In this document: positions 1 to 9,724 of the stretch, one piece after another
Numbering within the stretch: the first letter of the stretch is position 1
Layout: each line of letters begins with the position of its first letter
Virus record (IMG/VR): IMGVR_UViG_3300005326_000042
Coordinates: 64,001 to 128,000 of that record
Strand: one strand, 5' to 3'
Source of the DNA: a virus
Taxonomy: Duplodnaviria; Heunggongvirae; Uroviricota; Caudoviricetes
DNA length: 64,000 nucleotides
Notes under the pieces: generated by a model
Told to the model about the DNA's origin: nothing
Databases searched by the model: none
The model's input: only the letters and a program-made list of their open reading frames with translations
Program-made: the position numbers and the translations under genes

Positions 1-78
1 TGGCCGCAGAGCAGTTTAACGCTTTCGTGAGGAGGCCGTTTGTGGTTCTTTGCTTAAAAAATAACGGAGGTGTTTTAG

Positions 79-417
79 ATGCCATGTAATGTAATATTTT
101 TAGATAAATTAAATGCTCATGAACTTGAAGTGACTTGGAACAATATTCCAGAACTTATAAAGGATTTCTTTTGTAGTCTTTACCAATGTGTGTTGGAAGA
201 AGACTCTTTGTGGTTGCATTCTCTGTCGGCAGTTGTTTTTCATTTTGGATGGATCACAGGAGCGCAAAACGACAGACTTACAAGATCAAGGCTCCCTTAT
301 AGCGGATTTCACGACACTTGTTATAAAGTATTTCTCGGAAATACGTGGACTGTCGAAGTTTGGACATTGGGAGTAATTACTGATAAATATACAATTCCAT
401 CTCAAGACCGAATCTAA
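79..417 (+). CDS. Hypothetical protein; C-terminal half paralogous to the fragment at 1694-1912
   Basis: ORF preceded by GGAGGTG RBS; RLPxxGFHxxCYKxFLGNxW motif shared with the downstream copy, with synonymous third-position changes. Confidence 0.7.
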   Translation: MPCNVIFLDKLNAHELEVTWNNIPELIKDFFCSLYQCVLEEDSLWLHSLSAVVFHFGWITGAQNDRLTRSRLPYSGFHDTCYKVFLGNTWTVEVWTLGVITDKYTIPSQDRI

Positions 418-469
418 AACACCCATATTATATCTTTCATAGTACTTAAACTTTTTCGGTTCCTAAGCG

Positions 470-508
470 AAACATTTAAATACTAAGAATTACATAATAA
501 GGTTTGAA
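470..508 (+). promoter_or_regulatory. Archaeal BRE/TATA promoter of tnpB (likely leaderless mRNA)
   Basis: CGAAACATTTAAATA ~25 nt upstream of ATG 509; same motif at 40361. Confidence 0.6.
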
Positions 509-1690
509 ATGAAATCCACTTATAAATTTAGAATATATCCTTCAAAGGATCAAATTTCTAAACTAAATAACACTTTGGATACTTGTAGGTGGGTTTATAA
601 TCAAACTTTAAGTCTTAGGAAAGAATCATATGAGAAAAATCAACTGTCTCTTTCCAAGTATGATACTCATAAATATCTAACATCTTGGAAAGACGAACAC
701 CCGTTCCTAAGAGAGGTAAATGCCCAAGTCCTTCAGAATGTCCAAGAACGGGTAGATCTCGCTTTCCAAGGATTCTTCAGGCGTGTTAAAAACCATGAGA
801 ATCCTGGATACCCAAGATTCAAAGGAAAGGGTTACTACGATTCTTTTACTTATCCTCAGTATGGGTTCAAGATTTTAGAATCCAAGGAATTATACCTTTC
901 TAAGATAGGAAATGTTAAGATTAAGTACCATCGCGAGATTGAAGGAACCATAAAGAGACTTACAATTCAGCGCACTATTAGAAATAAGTGGTATACTTGT
1001 TTCTCTGTTGTAAAGGATTCTTTAAACGAGATTCAGCCTAACGGCTTGCACGGCGAAGCCGTGCTTAAGCACGATGGAATCATGCGGGCCGTTGGAATAG
1101 ATATGGGTATTAAAACTTTTGCTACTCTTTCAGACGGAAACACTATTGAGTATCCATTCTTCTTTAAAGAAGAACAAGAGAACCTTAAACGAGTGCAACA
1201 GAAACTTTCTAAAGCGAAGAAAGGTTCTAGAGAATACATCAAACATTTAAAAGTCGTTCAACGTATTCATGAGAGAACAGGTTTTAGAAGAGATAATTTT
1301 GCTCATCAAGAATCCAAAGTTTTGGTGAATAACTACGGTTTAATATGTTTTGAGGATTTAGATACTAAATCAATGCTTGAAAACGGCACTAAATCCCTAA
1401 GCAGAAACATAATGGATGCCTCTTGGAATAAGTTTCTAAGACTAACTCAGTTCAAGGCTGAAAGTGCCGGTTCTAGAGTAGTGTTAGTTGATCCTAAGAA
1501 TACATCTCAGATATGTTCCAGATGTGGTTTCAAAGTAGTTAAGGATTTAAAAGAGCGCACTCATTCCTGTCCAATGTGTGGTTTGGAAATGGATAGAGAT
1601 TTGAATGCGGCTTTGAATATTCTCAGACTGGGATTACAGTCTGTTAGCGTAGGAAGCTATAGAAGCCCCAGCCTTAATGCTGGGGAGTAG
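509..1690 (+). CDS. tnpB: IS200/IS605-family TnpB RNA-guided endonuclease
   Basis: N-terminal YKFRIYP HTH; RuvC motifs GIDMG, CFEDL, DRDLNAA intact; CSRC/CPMC zinc finger. Confidence 0.95.
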   Translation: MKSTYKFRIYPSKDQISKLNNTLDTCRWVYNQTLSLRKESYEKNQLSLSKYDTHKYLTSWKDEHPFLREVNAQVLQNVQERVDLAFQGFFRRVKNHENPGYPRFKGKGYYDSFTYPQYGFKILESKELYLSKIGNVKIKYHREIEGTIKRLTIQRTIRNKWYTCFSVVKDSLNEIQPNGLHGEAVLKHDGIMRAVGIDMGIKTFATLSDGNTIEYPFFFKEEQENLKRVQQKLSKAKKGSREYIKHLKVVQRIHERTGFRRDNFAHQESKVLVNNYGLICFEDLDTKSMLENGTKSLSRNIMDASWNKFLRLTQFKAESAGSRVVLVDPKNTSQICSRCGFKVVKDLKERTHSCPMCGLEMDRDLNAALNILRLGLQSVSVGSYRSPSLNAGE

Positions 1691-1714
1691 TCATTAAACG
1701 ATTTCCAGAAAATA
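1640..1714 (+). ncRNA. Putative TnpB omegaRNA/reRNA 3' end plus flanking guide (boundaries approximate)
   Basis: Right-end hairpin at 1666-1685 overlapping the tnpB 3' end, as is established for TnpB systems. Confidence 0.5.
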
Positions 1715-1912
1715 TACGTGTCCCTCATATGTTGGGGCATTTGGGAAGACACTAGTTATGATCTGCATTACGATTTTGTTCCGAGGCTTCCCGGCACGGG
1801 TTTCCACCCAGTTTGTTACAAGATCTTCTTGGGGAACATTTGGGAGATTGAAATTTGGAGATTGGGTGAGATAATAAATAAGTATACAATCCCAAGTACA
1901 TTAAGTCCTTAG
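1694..1912 (+). pseudogene. 5'-truncated paralog of ORF 79-417, beginning at the IS right end
   Basis: Open frame from 1694 with no ATG or RBS; 25/38 aa identical to the C-terminus of ORF 79-417. Confidence 0.6.
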
Positions 1913-2129
1913 CACATTTTCGGAATTGTTCTATTCTAGCAAAGTTGCCCGAATCGCCTCGCGCAATATCAGCGAGGCTTATAGACCTTTGGTATATTAC
2001 TTTTTCATCCGATGATTTTATTACTTTTTAAATATTATGCACACCTATTATATAGGATAAACTTTATATACGATGTCCGATAATCTCGTATTAATAGAAA
2101 CATAAGAAATTGAGAGGAGTTAGATCAAA

Positions 2130-2342
2130 TTGATAACAAAAATGCATTCACCGCTGAGGTCTCGAACTTTAAATAGAGTTACAACTTTGAATGATTTAGA
2201 GGAAGAAGGACAGCTCATTTTATACTCGCGAAAATATCTCGACCTAAAAGGAAGGGAAGGCACGAGATACTTCGCGCAGCACTGTGAAACTGGGGAACTT
2301 TGGGAGATTAGTTCTTTGGCGTTCAAAGCTCGGACAGAGTGA
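2130..2342 (+). CDS. Hypothetical protein
   Basis: ORF downstream of a TATA-like promoter and GAGGAG RBS. Confidence 0.5.
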   Translation: MITKMHSPLRSRTLNRVTTLNDLEEEGQLILYSRKYLDLKGREGTRYFAQHCETGELWEISSLAFKARTE

Positions 2343-2455
2343 GCGATAAATCCCATCTCCTTTAAATACTTTATTCCATAATCGAAAGTGACCACATGAT
2401 AATCACAATCATCTATAAATAGAATGAAAGATAAACCGATATTAGAGGAATTGAA

Positions 2456-2704
2456 ATGGTAAGATCAAGAATGAGAATAATTGTTAACCGCGAATCTGAA
2501 GATTCTGGGACCGTGAGAGCGAAATTTAAAGGTAGAACTTGGTTTGGTGAAATTGCAATGCCGAGCTTGAGTAGAACGCGAAGATCTTGTGAACTTAAAT
2601 CTGGAGGTAAGTTTTTTTCACAATTCAAGGGACCAATCTATGGCACGTTATTCAAATTAGCTCCTCAAAAAAGTAAAGTTATTGAAGTGTTTATTGACAT
2701 TTGA
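2456..2704 (+). CDS. Hypothetical basic protein
   Basis: ORF with GAGGA RBS. Confidence 0.55.
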   Translation: MVRSRMRIIVNRESEDSGTVRAKFKGRTWFGEIAMPSLSRTRRSCELKSGGKFFSQFKGPIYGTLFKLAPQKSKVIEVFIDI

Positions 2705-2727
2705 GTATTCTACCTTCTATTTTTTTT

Positions 2728-2769
2728 AGCACAGCTTCGCTGTGCTTTAAGTGAATGCGGAGCATTCAC
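2728..2769. repeat. Two adjacent 8-bp-stem/3-nt-loop perfect hairpins
   Basis: AGCACAGC-TTC-GCTGTGCT and GTGAATGC-GGA-GCATTCAC. Confidence 0.85.
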
Positions 2770-2994
2770 ATCCCACAACCTTAAATACTACTTCCTATAA
2801 TTCCTCAACTTGGAGTGGATTTGAAAATAACGCAGATAGCGAAAGCTTTCTAACCATGATTTAATACCGATCATATTTATAAAAATCGCCATCAGTTAAC
2901 TATATATATCAGAGAAGATAATGTAGTGCTATGCGAGTAAGGATGTTTCCGAAGATGAAGTCCGTACTCGCGCAAATTAGGGAAGTGATTTAAA

Positions 2995-3378
2995 ATGGCA
3001 AGCGATATAACTGAGGCTCTAAGAAATCCGGTAAGAATCGCACTGAGAAACGGAAAAGTATTCGACGCAGCCATACTTAATATTTCAAGCGACGGAGAGA
3101 GAATAGAAATTATAAGACTTCCCAGCAGGAGACGCGAGTTCTTGAATTATGGCTCCGAACCTGGGGAGGTAAGTGAAATCTGCCCAGTATACGCTAATCC
3201 TTGTTCCGAGAGAATGTCACTATATCATTCTCCAAAAAAGTTTAATACACAATTTGGGCGATTTCACAAGGGTGGGGAATATCATAATGTTTTTAGAAGT
3301 TCAAGACCAGAAGGGGTTATAACTACAGTAGTTCCTGAAATGCCAAATTTTGCTGAGAAGTTTCCTTCTCATTCGTAA
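2995..3378 (+). CDS. Hypothetical protein
   Basis: 127-aa ORF with RBS. Confidence 0.6.
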   Translation: MASDITEALRNPVRIALRNGKVFDAAILNISSDGERIEIIRLPSRRREFLNYGSEPGEVSEICPVYANPCSERMSLYHSPKKFNTQFGRFHKGGEYHNVFRSSRPEGVITTVVPEMPNFAEKFPSHS

Positions 3379-3408
3379 ACTTTAAGTATCTTGAGAGATA
3401 ATTAGTGG

Positions 3409-3672
3409 ATGGAGATTATTATGAAATATACAAGAGGAAACTTAGAGGCAGCTTTAAAACAAATCGATCCAGATGTTTTCGATGTCTTTAAGAATAAAGC
3501 AAAGATGGATCTGCCATCTATCCTTGATGAAATGTTTGTTTTAGGGTTTGTTAGAAGTTTGAAACAAAGAAAGCTTCTTGTTTCTCTAAATTGGTGGGAT
3601 ATGGATATTTTGATGAAGGCTTATGACGATTTGCATAATGGTGCTGGCTATTTTAAGTTTGAAGAGGAGTAG
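3409..3672 (+). CDS. Hypothetical protein (start may be 3421)
   Basis: ORF in a tightly packed operon. Confidence 0.55.
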   Translation: MEIIMKYTRGNLEAALKQIDPDVFDVFKNKAKMDLPSILDEMFVLGFVRSLKQRKLLVSLNWWDMDILMKAYDDLHNGAGYFKFEEE

Positions 3673-3675
3673 AAA

Positions 3676-3858
3676 ATGATTAAGACAGATTTTGATGTAG
3701 GTTATTATCTGGGCTTAATTTTTGCTGGAGCAATATCCTTCTTACTTCATTGGTTAGGTTCGGATTGGACGGAGGCAATTGCAATGTCTATGATATTTGG
3801 TTTTCTAGGCTTTGTTTTTTGTCTTTATAAGATATGGAGAGATCATGCCGCCAACTGA
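3676..3858 (+). CDS. Small two-TM membrane protein
   Basis: GAGGAG RBS; two hydrophobic segments. Confidence 0.55.
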   Translation: MIKTDFDVGYYLGLIFAGAISFLLHWLGSDWTEAIAMSMIFGFLGFVFCLYKIWRDHAAN

Positions 3859-4195
3859 ATACACAAATTGGCTTAAAACGCTTAAGGCGGGTGATAAAGT
3901 AGCTATCAACTTAGCAAATTTTAGCTCAGAAAAACCCGTATGGCTAATCACAAAAGTAAAAACCATTACCGAGGACCACAAAATTCGAGTAGACGATAAG
4001 AGTAAAAATGGTTTGCTCTTTAATAGGTATGGGGTCGCACAGACGGGCCAGTGGGAAAGGAGGCTCCAGGAAGTTAGCCCAGAAATTTTAGAATACATTG
4101 AGAAGGAAAAGTTGGTTAAGAAGATACGGAAAATTGAGCTGTTTGATCTTAGTTTAGAAAAACTTGATAATATTGTGAAGGTGGTAGAAGGATGA
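3845..4195 (+). CDS. Hypothetical protein (SH3/KOW-like LKAGDKV motif)
   Basis: GGAGA RBS before ATG 3845; overlaps neighbours. Confidence 0.55.
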   Translation: MPPTEYTNWLKTLKAGDKVAINLANFSSEKPVWLITKVKTITEDHKIRVDDKSKNGLLFNRYGVAQTGQWERRLQEVSPEILEYIEKEKLVKKIRKIELFDLSLEKLDNIVKVVEG

Positions 4196-4392
4196 TAATC
4201 AGCGACTTGTATTTATCAGACGAAGATGTGCCGTATCTCGAATCTGGAATGGATGAAAAAGTAGACAGGGCGCAAAGATGGATTCAAGCTAACCAAACTG
4301 AGATAGGGAATAGATTCTTTGAAGATATAGTAGAGGATTATCTAAAAATTCGCCCACATGATTATCGGGCGTTTATGTTTTGTTTGGTGTGA
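4192..4392 (+). CDS. Hypothetical protein
   Basis: ATGA overlap with the previous ORF. Confidence 0.5.
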   Translation: MIISDLYLSDEDVPYLESGMDEKVDRAQRWIQANQTEIGNRFFEDIVEDYLKIRPHDYRAFMFCLV

Positions 4393-4443
4393 TGAATTTG
4401 GAGGAATTTAGAGATCTTTGATTAAAAAGAAGGATTTAAAAAA

Positions 4444-4872
4444 ATGACCAAAATAACCGACTTTCATAAAAGAGAAACTAATTTTCTTTCAAATTTCTAT
4501 CCAACAAGTGATCCTTATCCAACCCTAGAACATCATTATCAGGCTGCTAAAACTCTAATTCCAGAAGAACAAGAGAAGATCCTTGCCGCCGAAACTCCAG
4601 GCGCGGCGAAGAAGTTGGGTCGAAAAGCCCATGTGAGATCTGATTGGGAGAAGGTAAAATTAGGTGTCATGGAAGAACTTCTTAGAAGAAAATTCTCAGA
4701 TCCAGAACTTGCGGAGCTATTAATAAATACAGGAGACGCAGAATTAATAGAAGGAAATTATTGGCATGATAATTTCTGGGGTGATTGTAGTTGTGAGAAG
4801 TGTAAAAGAAAGGAAGGAAAGAACCATCTGGGAAAGTTATTGATGAAGATAAGGAGTGAATTAAATGAATAA
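4444..4872 (+). CDS. NADAR (YbiA-like) family hydrolase
   Basis: FLSNFYP, YPTLEHHYQAAK, AKKLGR, W..VKLGVMEELLRRKF, GNYWHDNFWG, GKNHLGKLLM motifs. Confidence 0.92.
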   Translation: MTKITDFHKRETNFLSNFYPTSDPYPTLEHHYQAAKTLIPEEQEKILAAETPGAAKKLGRKAHVRSDWEKVKLGVMEELLRRKFSDPELAELLINTGDAELIEGNYWHDNFWGDCSCEKCKRKEGKNHLGKLLMKIRSELNE

Positions 4873-5291
4873 TCGTAACTACGGTATAATATTTGGTATA
4901 CTTGGTTTTATTCAAATATTGGACAGCCTTACTGAACAAAATCCAACTTGGGCTATCATTACGTTGGTTTGGGCGCTGGTCTTACTTATGTTCGCCGCGA
5001 ACGCATTCCGATTAGAAATCAAGGAGAATGGGGTATGAAAGATTTCTTATATTTTGTCATCGCAGTTTGTATATTTTTGCTAACTATGAATTATCTGGGA
5101 TATCCGCCGTCGTCACTTTTGTGAGGGAATAATATGAAAATTACTAAATTTAAAATAGAAATCGTTGGAGTCACGGAGAAAGGCAACAAAGTAACCTATA
5201 AACACGATGGAAAGGGTGTGGAGACTATGATTAAAATTCACAGAATCTTCGACGAGATAAAAGAGATTTTTGATTAAAGAGGAATTTAAAA

Positions 5292-5510
5292 ATGACCCAA
5301 AACGAGGAACATCTTTTAGCCAGCTTAGAAGTGGGAACTAAAGTTATAAAATCTGCAACAGAAGCCCTTACTAAGCTCAATCAAGAAAATCTAAAACTGC
5401 GAGCGGCGTATACAACCTATCGTACAATCCATTATCAAGAAGATGGAAGTTCGAGAGATGTTGCCGAGAGGTTGGCAAAAGAGGATTTAGAAAGACTGTT
5501 GGAGGGTTGA
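5292..5510 (+). CDS. Hypothetical coiled-coil protein
   Basis: GAGGA RBS. Confidence 0.55.
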   Translation: MTQNEEHLLASLEVGTKVIKSATEALTKLNQENLKLRAAYTTYRTIHYQEDGSSRDVAERLAKEDLERLLEG

Positions 5511-5767
5511 TGTCCCTCTTCTGCCTCGAAGTAATAGCAGATCAAACAGGTGTTCCAATTTGCGAAATCCTAAATCTTCTCCTTAAAGTATCGAACAGAT
5601 CTCGCGCAACTTCAGATGATCTTTGTGAAACCGTATATTATGCCGTCCTTTGGGGAGAAAAATATCCTGATGCGGTATTTAAGATGGAAAAGTTGTTCAA
5701 TTTAGGATACGTTAAGGAAATGATCGCTGAGAAATTGAAACGGGAGCATGTGAGAAATGGACCCTGA
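5507..5767 (+). CDS. Hypothetical protein
   Basis: Overlapping start, operon context. Confidence 0.5.
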   Translation: MMSLFCLEVIADQTGVPICEILNLLLKVSNRSRATSDDLCETVYYAVLWGEKYPDAVFKMEKLFNLGYVKEMIAEKLKREHVRNGP

Positions 5768-5892
5768 TTTGTTATGGAAAATAAGTGTAACCTGTTTTTT
5801 AATAGGCAACGCTTGTTTCTCAATTGGAGTGGTGCAGAAGTTGCAATCTATCCTTAAAAAATTAGAAAAGATTGAGGAGAGGAGTCGGTAAT

Positions 5893-6465
5893 ATGCCCGA
5901 AAAATTCTTCATCTGCAAAACCTGCGGCGACCTAACCACAGAGGCCAAAATAAACGAAGATATAGATAACGGCGGAATGGGTCTCTGCGGCTGCGAGTAT
6001 ATACGACCTGAGTGGAACGGAAAAGAATTTGAGCCAGATTACTACAAGAGGTATAACGATTATACGGAAATTCCAGAAAATGTGTATAATTATTTGCGCG
6101 AGGAGACGAATACTGTAATGAGATTGTGGATGTTGAATTCGTATCTAAGAAGCTCCAGAAAACCAAAGATATACCTCGCGGCATTCTCAGATTATTTTGC
6201 AGGGCCAGGATATAGCGGTTATGCACTTGCCGAAGACGGAACGGGAGTGTGTGGACATTTCTCATCGAGTATAGACTTTGCAAAACACGATCTAGGTTTA
6301 ACATCAAATTGGAAACACGAACACTATATCAAACACTATCCAGAAGGATATGAACTTGAGTGGGTAGATGATCCAGATAATCACGAAGGATGGAAGAAGG
6401 CAATGGAGCTTAATAAGAGGCTGGAAGAATGCAAGTTAAAACAGAACTCCAAAATTGTACCCTAG
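5893..6465 (+). CDS. Hypothetical protein with N-terminal CxxC...CxC putative Zn site
   Basis: GGAG RBS; CKTC and CGC motifs. Confidence 0.6.
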   Translation: MPEKFFICKTCGDLTTEAKINEDIDNGGMGLCGCEYIRPEWNGKEFEPDYYKRYNDYTEIPENVYNYLREETNTVMRLWMLNSYLRSSRKPKIYLAAFSDYFAGPGYSGYALAEDGTGVCGHFSSSIDFAKHDLGLTSNWKHEHYIKHYPEGYELEWVDDPDNHEGWKKAMELNKRLEECKLKQNSKIVP

Positions 6466-6617
6466 AAATTAAATATATTGGAACTGAAGAACAAATAGCC
6501 TTTCAGCAGCTTTTAGATCGCTTTAATAATTTATCTGTTTCTTTCCGCGATCTTGGAGAAGCAATAAATAAGGCTCTGACGAATGCGTTTGAGATTTTGG
6601 GAGGTTCTTTGGAGTGA
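6429..6617 (+). CDS. Hypothetical protein
   Basis: Operon context. Confidence 0.4.
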   Translation: MQVKTELQNCTLEIKYIGTEEQIAFQQLLDRFNNLSVSFRDLGEAINKALTNAFEILGGSLE

Positions 6618-7105
6618 CATATAATATTGAAGTAATTGTAGAAACCGTTACAAATAAGCCCATCCTTATTTTTCCAAAAAATACTATTGGTAAAAGGATA
6701 GATAAGGAAATTCGCCTAATGTACGGAACACAAAGGAATGGAAAACCGCACGATTGGAGATCCAGGGAATTAAAAGAGCACAAAAAAGCCATAATAATGA
6801 GAGAAGATTACAACAAAGCTCTAGACAATGCTGACTACTACAGGGAATTGGTCGATGAAAAAGCAGCAGAAAATCAGAAATTGCAGAAAATAAACGCAGA
6901 ATTATCGGAAAAACTGGATTTTCTGCAAAAGAAGACAACGGAATTATTCGTAATCCGAAGATGTTACGAAAGAATGATCCAGGAAAAGATGGGAAAATTA
7001 CCAAGCTGGTTAGAAGCCATCAAGGAAGATGACGCTGCGGAAGCAGAGTTCGAGGTCGAAGAAATACTTGATGAAATTTCTAATAAAATAAAAGCGAGGA
7101 GCTAG
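6614..7105 (+). CDS. Hypothetical coiled-coil protein
   Basis: 163-aa ORF, GGAGG RBS. Confidence 0.6.
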   Translation: MTYNIEVIVETVTNKPILIFPKNTIGKRIDKEIRLMYGTQRNGKPHDWRSRELKEHKKAIIMREDYNKALDNADYYRELVDEKAAENQKLQKINAELSEKLDFLQKKTTELFVIRRCYERMIQEKMGKLPSWLEAIKEDDAAEAEFEVEEILDEISNKIKARS

Positions 7106-7143
7106 AAATTTTCTTACAAATCTCTAACCCATTTTGTCAACCT

Positions 7144-7455
7144 TTAAGCCTCGCCAGGCTCTTCGTGAGGCCCTACAACCTCTGGGTGACTCAAATCCGC
7201 AAGAAGTGCCACATAAGATACATCATTATGTGTTGCGGGGAAATATCCTTCCTGGGCATTCTCGATCTTTCCCTTTATTAGATCTAGAGCTTCCAAGAAA
7301 GTCTGCTTATCTTTAGTCTCAATTCCGGCGACATTTCTGCCGGATGCGCTCTTCAGAACTTCGTTAGCTACTCTCTTGATGTACTGAGAAATAGCTATTA
7401 CTTCGTCGTTCCACACTACAACAGTTGCGTCTATTGGTCGTACCATTTTAAACAC
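7144..7455 (-). CDS. Hypothetical protein
   Basis: AGGTG RBS on the minus strand; divergent promoter near 7480-7515. Confidence 0.55.
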   Translation of the reverse strand: MFKMVRPIDATVVVWNDEVIAISQYIKRVANEVLKSASGRNVAGIETKDKQTFLEALDLIKGKIENAQEGYFPATHNDVSYVALLADLSHPEVVGPHEEPGEA

Positions 7456-7696
7456 CTAAATAAAATTGTTTTGTTCGAACGCATATTATAAAATTAATAT
7501 TATTTATACTTTTCGATACCAATGTTCAGGATTTCAAATAAGCAGATGGTAATTGATTCAAGGCTTGCTCTAGGATCTGTAGGATGTAATTAATTGATGA
7601 ATATTTTGGATTAGTATTTATTTTACAATCGTCATGCTGCGATTAAAATTTTCCAACCGAAAACTATAAATATTAATAAAATTATATTAATAGTTT

Positions 7697-8815
7697 ATGA
7701 GTGAAGAATTAAATATTAATCTTTTTATAAAGATGTATTATAAAGATTTCTTATCTCCCATTGAAATATCTAAAAAGTTCGATATAGGTATTAGAAAATT
7801 TTATAAAATTTTAAATAATTTAAATCTTCCTAAAAGAGGAAAACATAGAAAAGAAGCCCTTAGTAGTGAAGAAAAAATTAAAATATTATCAATATTAAGT
7901 AGAGATTTTGACAAAGAACTAGAAAAAAGCAATATTAAAATAAACTTTATTAAAACAGATAATAAGAAAAACATTAATATCGATGAGTTTAAAAAGCTAT
8001 ATTATGAAGAAAATCTACCACTTAAAGAAATACTTTTGAAATTAAATATATCTATACGCATGCTTTATGATTTCATGGAGAAAAATAATCTTGAACCTAA
8101 GCATAAACATAAAAAACATGCCAAACATGATGTTCCCAAAAACAGAATTTCAAATGAGTTAGTTGAAGATTTGTATCTTAACTCAGATTTATCTATTCCA
8201 AAAATAGCGGAAAAATTAAGATTAACAGAACATTCTTTGTCAGACAAAATTAAGGAATTAAATCTCCCCAAAAGAAAGGATTGGAAATATAAAAGGGTGG
8301 AAGGTTTTGATAAAAATGAATTATATGGGAAATATTGGATTGAAAACAAAAGTTTAGAAGAAATTGCAAAAGAATATGATACTACGTCTACTCTAATACG
8401 AAAGGCTCTAATCTTTAACGAGATATCAAGAAGAGATAAATTTGGGAAAGAAGTTATTGAGAGAGTAAAAGAAAAATTAAGAAAAAGAACCGGACCTTTA
8501 GCTGGAGGTTGGAAGGGAGGGTTATGTAAAAACCCTTATCCTGAGAGTTTTGATAACGATCTAAAAAAGGAAATAAGAGAAAAATTTAAACACACTTGTT
8601 TTATTTGTGGGGTGCATGAAGAAGTCTGCGCGAGAAAATTATCAGTACATCACATAAATTATAATAAAGAATGTGAAGAAGATTGGAATTTAGTAGCATT
8701 GTGTGGAAAATGCCATTCTAAAACTACCGCTTCTAAAAGATGGTATTGGTTTAACTTACTTGTGAGTTTTTGGACGGAAAATTCAGAGATCAACCTTTCT
8801 CCTATAAAATTTTAA
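7697..8815 (+). CDS. HNH homing endonuclease with tandem N-terminal HTH-like repeats
   Basis: C-terminal CFICG...LSVHHINYNK...NLVALCGKCH; repeated LY...LS..EI..K helical units; own TATA promoter at ~7659. Confidence 0.85.
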   Translation: MSEELNINLFIKMYYKDFLSPIEISKKFDIGIRKFYKILNNLNLPKRGKHRKEALSSEEKIKILSILSRDFDKELEKSNIKINFIKTDNKKNINIDEFKKLYYEENLPLKEILLKLNISIRMLYDFMEKNNLEPKHKHKKHAKHDVPKNRISNELVEDLYLNSDLSIPKIAEKLRLTEHSLSDKIKELNLPKRKDWKYKRVEGFDKNELYGKYWIENKSLEEIAKEYDTTSTLIRKALIFNEISRRDKFGKEVIERVKEKLRKRTGPLAGGWKGGLCKNPYPESFDNDLKKEIREKFKHTCFICGVHEEVCARKLSVHHINYNKECEEDWNLVALCGKCHSKTTASKRWYWFNLLVSFWTENSEINLSPIKF

Positions 8816-9110
8816 TTTTCGCTATGCTACGACTCTGCGGGGAAAATTTCGGCTTATTATACTCTGTTTTAGAAAAAAATCAAAATATGTAAAAACAGTC
8901 ATCTCTCCGTGGCCGAAGAGTTTATCATGATTCTTCATTCAATTTCTTCCTCCTCTCCTTTTAAACTCCTGTAAGTATTTTAATGCCCGTTGCGACTAAT
9001 AGCCCTGTAATTGAGAGACATCCTATAATTCCAATGATCAATAGAAGAGTTAGAAATATCTTGTTAAGTATATCTATAACATTCATATTAAGACCCCCCC
9101 CCCCAGAGCC

Positions 9111-9389
9111 CTACTCCTCTAAACATCCAGTTTTTATTTCCTTCTCAAAATGTTGTTCAATAAATTGGAAATACTCGTCAAAACCGATCATTCCTTGACT
9201 CCTCATAATCTGAAGGCTTAAGATATATTGTAAATCCTCCATAGTCTTTACGTCCATGTCTGCCAGATTAAGCAGAGTGGATCTACCCTCAAAAATCGTA
9301 TCTTTTATGACCCAAAAATTTGGATTGTGGTTATCGATTACGATTTGATGAGTATTAATTATTGGAACTTCTGAACCCATGTTAATCAC
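9111..9389 (-). CDS. Hypothetical protein
   Basis: GAGGTGA RBS. Confidence 0.55.
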   Translation of the reverse strand: MINMGSEVPIINTHQIVIDNHNPNFWVIKDTIFEGRSTLLNLADMDVKTMEDLQYILSLQIMRSQGMIGFDEYFQFIEQHFEKEIKTGCLEE

Positions 9390-9724
9390 CTCAAATGTTT
9401 CTCTCCTTTATTTTCAATTTCTAAATTGATTTCCAGTTCATCAATCAACTTTTCCATCAATTCCCCAGCAGTCACCATCTCGGGGAATACACTATCTTTC
9501 ATTCTCTCCGCTAGGTTGCGAAGGGGTTGGGTTAAAGATTCTTCGGGCATTTTAATCAACCTCGTAACCCTCTTCCTTCAGGACATCATAAAAGTCTTTG
9601 GTAACTATCTCATTCATTTTAACTCCACGCGCCTTTATTAAGGCTAGGAGATGATTCTCTTCATCTCCGAATTCTTCTAAAAGCATTCCGTATGTTCTCA
9701 GTATTAACGACTGTATTTTCATTT

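Larger units (their letters stand above)
470..1694 (+). mobile_element. Non-autonomous IS605/IS1341-like element (tnpB only, no tnpA)
   Basis: tnpB plus right-end hairpin CCCCAGC-cttaat-GCTGGGG followed by AGTAGTCA(T); left boundary uncertain. Confidence 0.7.

Noticed and set aside
425-460. Minus-strand promoter-like motif (CCGAAAAAGTTTAAGTAC) divergent from tnpB
   Set aside because: No minus-strand ORF follows; may be an antisense promoter or chance, and cannot be supported further
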